Made by a program: the position numbers and the translations under genes. A stretch of DNA of 63,058 nt from Paraphysomonas bandaiensis (taxonomy: Eukaryota; Protista; Chrysophyceae): positions 1 through 63,058 of the forward strand of contig CBFFRP010000485.1 in assembly GCA_965644295.1 (NCBI GenBank), in the 5' to 3' direction. Shown piece after piece: positions 28,701-39,915 of the stretch. Below the pieces are notes generated by a model. The model was not told where the DNA came from, did no database searches, and was given only the letters and a program-made list of their open reading frames with translations. The first letter of the stretch is position 1, and each line of letters starts with the position of its first letter.

Positions 28701-30701
28701 AGACATTCGACTATCTAACAACAGATCAACTGGTACCGTGTGAGAAGCCGAAGCGAGAGATTAACAAAGTAGTCAGTGGCCTCGCGAAACACGAATGGCC
28801 AGATATATTTCATACCCTAAATACTGCTAGACAGCTGGCAGCTTTTCATGGGAACGATTTACAGGCGAGTGGTCAGCTTCACACTATAGTGTTGGGAATC
28901 ATTAAGCAAGTTGAAAATTTGCGGTCTGCGGCGGCGAAGAATGCTATTCTTGCTCTCGGAGACCTCTTCCTTGGACTAAAAACAGGAATGGATGCAGAGG
29001 TATCAGCAGCTGCTGCAATGCTCATTAAGGTATGTTGTTATCCATAAAAACTTGTGTCGTGGATATGCTAAACATTATTATATCTAGAGAATCGCTGATA
29101 GCAGTGTGTTTATAAGTGAAAGTGTTGATGGCACATTAACCACCATGATAAAAAATGTTAGCCCTTCGAGATCTCTCGCGGCACTACTTCCCGGAATCGA
29201 AAATCGAAACAGTGCTATACGTGGACAAGTTGTCCGCATGCTGGTGATTTTATTTGAGAATAGGTGGTGCTTATTATCGCTTGCATTTTATGAGTGTGTC
29301 ATATAAAATACCAGGACAATGGAACTGAACAATCCTAAAGACTTGGAGGCACTGTTCGCGAAGTTGCCCAAGATGCTCGGAGATACCTCACCAGAGTCTA
29401 GATCATTTGGGAGAGAGCTTGTGCGTCTACTTTTGACTTCCCGATTGGCAAACAGAAAGCACATGGAAGAACTTCTGTCAGAGGAAATTGTTACAAAGTC
29501 GATGAGGCAATCAGGTGACTACATCACCAGTCGCTTCCTGTCCCAAACGCGGTCTCCAGGGGGTAATCGCAGTTGTAGTCCTGCGAGTCGATACGCCTCG
29601 CCGAATAAAACTAAACGAGGTGCCCACCAACTTCATAATGGAATGGGAGGTTCGCTTTCGACTACAAGAGTGGTTCCACACGAACGAGAAGGGTCGGATT
29701 GTGATAAACCGGCTGAAGAGCTTGTTGTGTCAGGTATGAGTCCAAGGGCGGGTTCTAACAGTGTCGGTGGGGTAGCATCGCAAGGCCGGCATGAAAGAGG
29801 CAGGAACGGTGAGGTTCAAGGCAGAACACTAACTAAACTGCAGCAGGAAAGTTATCCTGAAATAGTGGCCTTGTCGGGAATATTTATTGGCCTGTCTAGC
29901 AAGAACTGGAGTGAAAGGCGAGACAGCCTGTCGACACTGTGTGACTCCATGCTACGAAATCAAGAGCTGTTTTCTAAAGCAGGGCAGCTGCAAAAGTGTA
30001 TGGAGCGCATGCTTGAGCGTTTTGAGGATGGTTCTGTTAAGGTAAAATTTCAAAGCTGAGCTTTCCAAGTGTTTCTTTGTAAGTGTCCTGCAGGTCGTGT
30101 TGCATGCTGTATCCTGTGTTCGACGAGCACATAACCAGTGTCCCGACATTCTCCCAAAAATGCTATTGACAAGCTTACCTGCAATCTTAAATGTGGAATC
30201 ATCTGCAAACAAGTACGCAGCCCCCGTGATATATCATTTGTATAAAATATATTTAGGCAAATTGCGAAGGAGGGAGGGGCTCTTTTAATGGCATTACTTT
30301 CGGTTGCACCAAGTACGGCTGTAGCTCAGCAGCTAGTTGGAATTGCTCTTCACGACAAAGATCGCATCAGAGCCGCTGCCTTTCGGGCTATGTCCAGCTA
30401 TGTGTACATCCTAGTGGAACGAGAAAAACGTAATGAAGCTCCAAGTGGGACTGTAGCTCTGACAATGAAACGGTTGTGCCATCATGATATGCTGTTCGCA
30501 TAGATAACAAACTAATTGATTTTTTACAGGACTTTTTTTCCGGTTGTGTGTCAGATGTTGTGTTCAAATAGCTCGAAGCCTGAAATTAAATCCTCTGCTG
30601 CAGATACTCTACGTGCAATTCAAAATAACTCGAATGAATATATAGGTGACTGGGCAGAATCATCAGTACATAGAGAAGAGTTGATGCGGCTGTTATCATA
30701 A
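25772..30701 (+). CDS. TOG/CLASP_N HEAT-repeat microtubule regulator, TOGARAM/crescerin (FAM179)-like, multi-exon
   Basis: HEAT segments (DDPRVAVRHHA; EWPDIF..LNTARQLA..VENLRSAAAKNAI..FISE; SKNWSERRDSL..RFEDGSVKV) separated by long disordered linkers; ORFs linked by about 50-nt introns. Confidence 0.8.
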
Positions 30702-31199
30702 CATTTACATTCAAACCTTGTATAGCTGTAAATTTGCATTCGTGTACTACGTGCTGTCCATATCACACTTAAATTTTACTTGACTTTCTTGTGTATTGCG
30801 TGTAATAGAATTATACTTCCTGTCAAGCAATGAGCTGCCAAATGGCGGATGTATACAGCAATAAAATATGGTGTTTTTCTTGTTACACCTATAACAGGGT
30901 TAGTGGGGTGATTTTTCTTTCCGCTCAGTGCGATTTCGTATCATTGATCTTATATAGAATTTTGCCTAAAGAAAGCAGTTAAATAATGTAGTTTAAGGTT
31001 TCTAATTTATTATCCCTTTGTGAAGTATACAGCAGTTAAAGACGGCATATTAAGAAATCAATATAACTGTGCTAAATAGATTATAGCTAAACTAAAATAT
31101 AGTGTCGACGGTTTGTGTAGCACCCTATGTCTAGCATTCAACTAGCCACTACATTGGTGCAGGTTTTTAACGCCGGCCTATTGCTAAATAATAAGACTT

Positions 31200-31394
31200 T
31201 CAGTGTATATGGTGTAACACCCTCCTATTGGTGTCAGCATCATCTAATACCATAGCGAGTTCAATATCTCTGACGCGCTGCTCATCAACACACGATATCG
31301 ACTGTTGTTCTTCAATAATCATTGCTCTGATCCTTCTCAGTGCTAAATGAAACAAACTAGAGTCATGAACCTCCATTTTAGGTTCTCCCTCCAT
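31200..31394 (-). other. Short ORF (64 aa) in an AT-rich relic, homologous to 56496-56690
   Basis: Protein similarity and upstream DNA similarity to the 56.5-56.76 kb segment. Confidence 0.5.
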
Positions 31395-31778
31395 AGTAAT
31401 AATAGATAAATAACAATGAATATGTCTACAACTACAATACTATCTACAAGCAACTTCCAGAGTACAGAAATTGCATAATCAATATATACATATGATTTCC
31501 AGGCCAGAGGAAGGCCTACAGGAATGACCTTCATCCATATGCATTACTACTAATAGCTCAGCCTGATCACAACTGATTCATCATCAATGTATAAGGGAAG
31601 ATACATTCAGTATTCTCATTGTAGTTGAAGCCTTGTATACATACTTCCAAGTACAGTTTAATAAACAATAAGTACATAATGAAATACATAAAGTACAACT
31701 GTATTATCTGGCAATACACGTCTATCAGCGTGGATATCAAACCCGGAATTCTCCAGTAAATTTCTCCAGCCTTAAACA

Positions 31779-31813
<35 letters not shown>

Positions 31814-32641
31814 TCAATCTGTATCTTCATCATTATGCTTCATTATTGAAAATCCTGTCTTTCTTTGTCTTTTGAATAGATATATATAAGTATCAATGAT
31901 AAGCATGAATAGTCATAGTCATAATATATCCTATATCTTACTCTGAAATATTCAACCTATGTTGCACATATAGTATGTACAAACTTAAGCATATACAATA
32001 GAGAGCTCACATAGTATAAAATAACCAGATAGCTGGTTATAACATTGGAAATTATTGATAGATCAAGTCAATCAGGCAGAAATACTCAATTGATGAATAT
32101 TGTAGAGAATTAGATAAACAATAGTCAAATTGTTTAGTCTAGAGCATTCATTTGGATGTTAGTTAGTGATAAACTACCGAATACTTACTTATAAATACGG
32201 ATAAATTTTCCCTATAATTAGATGTGATATGTGTGTGTTCTAAAAGTTTATTTTCTCAAGAAATTGAAAGAGTGGAGAGAATCTAAGCAGATGTCCAGAT
32301 AACCCATTTTAAATGACACATTTTGTACTGCCTGAAAATTAATCGATAATTTTATCGCATATTTTCCTGCAACTGTCCCTAGAATACATTGGTTGAACCA
32401 ATATGTAATTCAGTTTATAATTCGTTGTACTATAAAATGCCATGAATAGTGAAACATCACTATGTTCTATGACAACTGCATTCAGAGTACAGGTAGTATT
32501 TATTTATCATTCTGTGTATTTAACCGGGGATTCTTAGGTATCAGTAATCAGGTAAACAGAGGCATATGATGCCTTCATAACAAATTCGATAAGCATTATT
32601 GAATAAGGTTAGAATTAACAACGAGCAACTAAACTAGAACA

Positions 32642-32839
32642 TCAGAAAAAAGGATTCAGAAGTTCCAACAGGCTTGGTGTTGGGTGCGTATAGTACACTG
32701 AAAAATAAAGCATAGCAGGAATAATTCCGTAACGAACCGTTGGGACAAAGAGAGCAAGAGATTTCTTGGTAAATTTAGAAAGAGCCTTCGAAAACCCACT
32801 CTTTCTGGCTTTCCTCCTAACAACAGTACCTTCTGGCAT
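32642..32839 (-). CDS. TOM7: Mitochondrial import receptor subunit TOM7
   Basis: 65 aa; basic N-terminus, RYGIIPAMLYF transmembrane motif and PTPSLLELLNPF tail typical of Tom7. Confidence 0.8.
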   Translation of the reverse strand: MPEGTVVRRKARKSGFSKALSKFTKKSLALFVPTVRYGIIPAMLYFSVYYTHPTPSLLELLNPFF

Positions 32840-33209
32840 ATTAGAATATATATAATGGCGAACGTGACCACTCGAATATACTCCCAATAAAGCCTTTCAA
32901 GAATTTCACAACACTCGACTGATCTCTGCTGACCACAAATATAGCTCACTGCTGCTCGTGCTGTCTTACTGCAAGTGTATTATATGGTACAGCAGTAAAA
33001 TATACGGCGGTATACAGGGTATATAAATATTATACGGTGGTATACAGCAGCAAGTCGTGCATAAATATCACATAATTTTCTGCCATGAAGTGATGCTGCT
33101 GGAAGCGTCTGTGATCACTCCACATACAGATACTGCGAATAGTACTCTGCGGCTTGCACGCATGTATTACATTCACATCCCCTGTCCTGTCCTGTCCTGC
33201 CACTTCTCG

Positions 33210-36200
33210 ATGCTGATATAACAACCCTGCATACCTCGGGCCATCTTCCGTCATCTGTTGTACACGCTGCATGTACTTGTGTATGTATCCAGGGCGGATA
33301 TCATATACGTCGATAGTCAGTCTAATGCCACGGCAGATTCTTGTGGACCCACAGTACTCATGGCGTGCTCCACCATCGAGTCTGGCTCAGGAACACGGGT
33401 GACACCATCCAGCTGCAGCCGGGTTTATATTCGGGACCAGGAAATGAAAACCTGGTAACTGTAAACTCTACTATCGAAGACACTCGACTCATTGGAAATG
33501 GATTACCTGAAGATATTGTAATTCAGTGCTCTCGTGAAAACCGTTTTTTGACTGACCAACATTATTTCCTTGGACACATCAGTAATGTTCTAATACGGAA
33601 CTGTTCTGCGCTGGATACAACACTCAGAGTATTTGGCGATGGAGGTGCAGTGATATTTGGCGGTAGCACTACACAAGTTGTGGTTAATAATACTATATTT
33701 GTGGACAATATGGCTCGCAACGGTGGTGCGGTTTTTATTGATGAAGGATCACTTCTAATATCACGGTGTTCGTTTCGTCACAATGAGGCTGTCCTCTGGG
33801 GTGGTGCACTAGCGTCGCTTTATAGTGGTATAACCATCATAGGTAGTGTATTTGAGGGAAACCGCGCGCATGGAAACCTTGACGATGAGCACGCCGTTGA
33901 CTTCGACATGGACGAGGCAGGAAAAGGGGGTGCCATTCATCTGAATGGTGGGTCGAGGTTGACATTGCTTCGCAGTACATTGAACCGCAATTATGCTCAG
34001 CTGACCGGGGGATCTGTAAACCTTAATCTGGTGGCGGGAGCTACCATAATAAAATGTACTTTTGAGGACAACATGGTGTTCGGCGGTGATATAATATGCA
34101 CCTCGGATCCAATATGTGAGGTGAGAGGCGGTGCTGTTTATATCAAAGACATTGCGCTCGATATGCGTAACTCTACATTCTCTGGTAATATCGCTGTTAC
34201 CAAGGACATAAGTCAGGCATGTGAATTGTACGCTTATTTGTGCTTTTTTGAAGTTGTGCTCGTGTAGTTTGCAGAGGGCGGTGCCATCATATTCACTTCG
34301 GACTCATTCATTAACGATCGCATTCAGTCAGACCTCAGTAACTGTACTTTTTTTTAACAATTCCGCCAGGTGTGTCGGAGACAATAACGCAGGGGGGTAC
34401 GGGGGGGCAATTTTCAGTGACGGGATTCCAATATACATAACAAAGTCGAGATTTGAGGCCAACAGCTTACAGTCTGATGGGCTATTTACTGAGTTCTCAT
34501 CAATTGGAGGTGCTGGATATTACGACATCTGCAGTGGGCGAAATTGTTGACTCTCATTTTACTAGGAATGTTGCCCAGGGTGGGAAAGCTGGTGCGGTGT
34601 ACCTCATTGAGTCTTCTCGTGTAACGATGAAAAACTGCACTTTCTTGGGGAACTCGGCTATTTCCTCATACGTGTTTATGACGCAGGGAGGGGCAGTTGG
34701 AATAGGACACTCATCCTATGCCGTTGTGGAGTGGTGCAGGTTTGTAGACAACTATGCCCAGCCTGAACCAGGAGTATATCCGAAGACATATAGTGGATCC
34801 GGTGGTGCCATATTTGCTATGTCGTCAGGAGGAAACGTAACACATTCGTTCTTCGTATCCAACACTGCCCTGTCTGGTCAGTTTGACTCAGGGGCCTGGG
34901 GGGGAGCTGTGGGACTTGAAAATGCATTGGAGTTTACGATCACAGACTCTATCTTTATGCTAAATTTCGCTCATGAGTTTTACGGTACTGATACCTACTC
35001 AAGTAGGGTTCTGGGGGAGCTGCGGCGGTAACATTCTCCTCTATAACGTTTCAGCGATGCCTTTTCCAGGACAATTGGGTATCTGCTGGAGGATCTCAGT
35101 ACAGTGTTGGTGGCGGAGTGGCAGTTTTTTACCAGTATGCTTCTGATACGGACTAGCCTTCTCTCTACGGAGTGGTATTTTCCGACTGTCAACATAATGT
35201 TGCAGGCGGGGAAGTATGCACGTCGTCAACTGTGTACCGCGCAGGGCAGGGTGGGGGAATAGGGGCTTCATTCCGGGGTTTATTGATCAACGACACCGAT
35301 TTTCATGACAATATGGCAATGACAGATTCAAGGGGGCTTGTATTTTCATTCGGCGGTGCGATAGTATACTCACAGGGTTCACGTATTGAATGCAACGGGT
35401 GCAAGTTTAGAAAGAATATTGCCTGGAACGGCCTCGGGGATGATATTTGCTCAGGGTATGAGGATGTGCAAGATGCGGGAGAAATGAATCTCCTTCTTAA
35501 TGATCCCCTATTAGATGCTGCAAGTAATATGGAAGCATTTAGAATATATGAGCGTTTTACACTTGTCGCTCAATCTGTATGTGATCACAAAGATTTTTCG
35601 TTGAGTGGTTATCCTGCAATTGCCCTGACGCTGGTTGAGACCATTTGCGCATTGGATGGTGGACATATCGCTCCCTATTCATGGAACACTGCTGTTGATG
35701 AGCATGTAATGTACTTGTGGCCAAAATTTAACCGCATATCCCGTTTCTCGGAAACCGACGCTTTGGCGGTAACAAGCACTGGCCTCAGACAACTTCAGAT
35801 CGAAACAAGAAGCCGAGTATACCCCTCCATACTAACAACGTCTGGAAATGGATATATATATCGACCAGTATTCAACAATACGTATGAAATATGCGCTGGT
35901 GATCTCGTGACGGTCCTGGTACATGCTACAGATAGTTCTGAGACCAGCAGTGTAGCTGAACTACTCGCAGAAGTTCTACTCTTGTTATCATAGGTAACAT
36001 AAGTACTTCTGACTTGGTTTTGGTGGGAATCACAGCCAATGTAACAATCGTTGATCAATCCTCAACAGATCTGTATTTATTCAGTCCTTAGTGATGGTAA
36101 ACAGTATACTTTATTTGTCTAATAATATGACAGTTCTAGATTCCAGTGCTCTGATGGGAGCTATGGTAAGTTCATACGTCCTTCCAAGTATATCGAATTG

Positions 36201-39200
36201 GACGTTTGAAAACTTCATGCCTTTTATGAATTTTTATGGCACAGTAAGTACTGGATTTACTGATCACGGTATTTTGAATGAGGACTCGTACATTATACAA
36301 CTGCTTGCAAATACTGTCTACAATTCGAGAACAGTATTTGAGCGCTGCACTCTCCAAGTGTACGGTGAACTGTACCTCTCTGCCAAACCCTCCGGCAACG
36401 TAACTGCACCATGCTCGGTTGCATTACGAGATAATGCTACGGTTGTAGTTGCAAACGAGGGTCGCATGCATGTCAACTCTCCTGCGACTATAATGTCCGA
36501 GAGCCCGAATTATGTTGCTGTGATAAACTTTGGGGTGATTAAACTATCTCAAGAGGAAGCTTCATATCTGAATCCGCTTCTCATTGACGGAATCTTGGTG
36601 CAGAGGAACCCAGGCGTCTTTTCGTTTTCTATATCTAACGACGATTACGATTCTTCAGTTTTGACGACAACGACAAATGCCACTCTGCTAGGAACTATAA
36701 ATGTGAGTACAGTCAGTTATACAAAATTTATTCCATCTAGCGATTCGAACACTCCGACGGAGTGGAATGCGCTTCAATTCACGTACAATGGGTTTCTTTC
36801 GTCGCAGCTTCCAGCTTACATTTTTCCAGAAGGGATAGATTTCGACACGGCCATTTCACAGAGTTTCTCTGAACCGCCGAACTCGTTGCATGTGCACCAT
36901 TTCGATGCCCATACTGACTTGTCTACTGTACGCTTCGCGGTTGCGGCAGATATGAAGCGTGGCGGACGCACTCCGATTGAATCAAACCACTACATACAGA
37001 CATTTACAACGTCCAAAATGTCATGTGAAGCTCGATTTGACGAATATATATAACTGGTAACACAGGTAGTGACACGGACTATATGTGCTGGATATATGCC
37101 TCAAGAACAACTCGTGCGGGTACTGTGGCCTAAACCAGGGGGGTTGTATTAATATAGACCACTTGTACAAGAAGAAGGACGGCAACTGCTGCCCACGAGG
37201 TTGCAATGACCGCGGCGTCTGTCACGGCAGCAACGACCATACGAAATAGGAGTGTCATTGCGACTTTCTTTATTCTGGCACAACCTGTTCTGAACTTAGC
37301 GTGTTCGCTAATTTGCTCATTTCAGCCGGAGTGTTTATAGTTTGCCATTTTTCTCATCACGTTGCGGTATTACTTTTACTATCGGCAGCAAAGGGATAAG
37401 GTACTACAAGATTTAAGAGATGGACTTCTCACAGGTAGCGTTGACACTTCCACGGACGGGGAAAACCGGTCCTATCTACAGGCAATTCAGCAAGACCTTA
37501 TTCTGCGCGATGTGTTTGTCAACTATGATGAGATTGTTTTCGAAGGAAAGATAGGTGAAGGCAGCTTCGGGGAAGTGTTTAAGGCTGCTTTCAGAGGTGC
37601 CCAGGTGACTGTGAAGCAGATGAGAGCGCCGGTATTTATGCAATTGACAGAGAATGATATTGAAGAATTCAGAACAGAGGCGTATGTGATGAGCAGGTAT
37701 CACTATTTTTACGAGTTACTATTTTTGATTGATTTTGTATAGACTACGTCATCTCAACATTGTTCTCATGGGAGTGTCTATTGTTGTATTCGAAATACTA
37801 GCTCCTCCCCCAGGATTTGATGACGCAATATTTGCTGTACAAGAAACAGTGGTGGATAGTAGGCGTAATACAAGCGTTTCACGGGACAACAATAAGAAGA
37901 AAAACACAAACGTTTTCCGCTCAGTGTGTATTATTACAGAGTACCTGGATCAGGGGGCGCTGGCAGATATTTTGTACAGAAGCAACAAAGTGGCAGATGA
38001 AATCTGGACGTATGAGCTGGTCCTAACATGTGCTTTACAGGCAGCGCGAGGTATGCTCTACCTTCACAGTCATCAGCCCCCTATTTGTCATAAAGGGACC
38101 TCAAAATTATCTAACCTTGTCGTTGATGACCACTGGTTATGGAATATATACACGCACTTACATGTTGTTATTTAGTCATTCTTGTGTGCTCGATACTAGG
38201 TTGTAAAAGTTACTGACTTTGGAATGTCAAGAATAGTACCAATGAAAACACAAAACATTGAGAAGGGTATTGAAATGTCTGATGTTGAACTAAATGCTGC
38301 AGAAGAAGTCCCTTCTACTCCTGAAAGATTACAATTAGAAGCGTTAAGCTCAACGGCACCTTTATCGTCGAAGAAGACAGTAAGATTCGGTGATAATTCG
38401 AATGTATTATGTGAGCGAGAGAGCATTATTTCCCTGCAGGATGGGGCAGAACGAAGCTCTCTGTCGAATTTGAACACAGTGGTATGTGTTTCTAGTATAC
38501 AGTTCTTTGCCCTTCAACCACATTTATATGTAGATGACAAGTAATCTCGGGACCACAGCGTGGTGTGCTCCGGAGTTGCTAACGACAGAAAACAAAACAC
38601 GCTACTCCGTGAAAGTCGATGTATATAGTTTCGGTATAGTGCTGTGGGAATTGTGGGAGAGGAAGCGTCCCTATGAAGAGCTATATTCCCGCTTCGATAT
38701 TATCGACGCTGTGAGAGAAGGACGCCGACCTCCCATCAGCAGTACCTGCCCTCCTGCCTTCAGGTTTCTAATCCAGCGCTGCTGGCACGAACAACCCGCG
38801 CGTAGACCAACATTTGCGTACATCGTTCGTTACATCAAGGATGAGCTGGCTCATATCACGAGGCAGAGAATGTCATCAGCGTCCACCACCGGTTCGTCGC
38901 ACACGTTTTCTCCACTGCACCAATTTCTATTGAACAATCGGAGGTCGGTTAGCTCTAAAAGTGTCCGCGAATATTCTAAAAGTCCAGCGAGGTCAGCACC
39001 TTCAACCGAAGAAGCTCTCAGCACTAAACTCTTCCAAGATGCTCCTGCTGGTGCGGCAGAAGACATCAAAACAGGGGCCAAGAGTCGTTGGGCTGGATCC
39101 TTGTCACCAATTCCCAACCGAGCTACTTCGAGGAAGTCAAAAGATTTCTGAGCGAGGCGGCAATCATACCATGTCGAGTACTAGCAACAGTGAAGGCAGT

Positions 39201-39450
39201 GAAAGTGCAGCAAGTTGAGAACATTGTGGAGAGTGGAGGAGGTATCAACGCCGGCGCCACAACATCACATTTACTCCCGCCATCTCACCCTGCTATATCC
39301 GAACTTCCCTCACAGGAATGTTTGGAAGAGTTGAAGGAATGTCCACGGGAATATAATAAATTTTTTGTTGAGATTCCAACACAGCCCCACTGCAGTTCGA
39401 GTACCAATAGCACACCTATCACGGGAAGGGGTAGTGGTGTATAAATACGT
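33210..39450 (+). pseudogene. Receptor-like TKL kinase pseudogene: Pmp-type GGA(I/V)/FxxN beta-helix ectodomain, Cys-rich/EGF domain, TM, kinase
   Basis: Repeated GGAV/GGAI..F..N motifs; C-x3-C..RGVC..CHC..YSGTTC; kinase GEGSFG, VTVK, TDFG, GTTAWCAPE, DVYSFG. Many frame changes not explained by introns, in-frame TAG at 37247-37249, and a scrambled HRDLK. Confidence 0.85.
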
Positions 39451-39915
39451 ATCAGATGCAGAGGAAAAGATTGAGCATGATTCATTCCCTAAAATCAACA
39501 GCGAAGAGCACTCCTTTGAAACACCCAGTATATGAGGCCGACCTCTTCTCCCTTATCTTCGTTGCGTATCATCTTTTACCTCCTCTGCAGATAGATTATT
39601 GATGCCACTGAGGTTCAAGACGAGCATCATTCTCCGGAGGAAACCGTATCTGTAATATAACATGATGTAAAGGAAATCATATTATTATTGAATATACTAC
39701 AATCTGGGCGTTTATACGAATATTGATATGTTGATATGAGGCCACAGATCATTCGAAGTATTTGTGTGCTAAATTGGCATTTAAAGCATGTAAACTAAAC
39801 CATATAAATTATAATTACATTTTAAAATGACATGATATTATATATATACTTTAGAGATCTACCTTATCACTCTTAAATGTAAGTTTGGTCACATCAAAGA
39901 ATACGCAGTGTTCTT

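Noticed and set aside
37247-37249. TAG reassignment or alternative genetic code
   Set aside because: Intact genes end in TAA, TAG and TGA and show no internal stops; the stop lies in a gene with many other lesions
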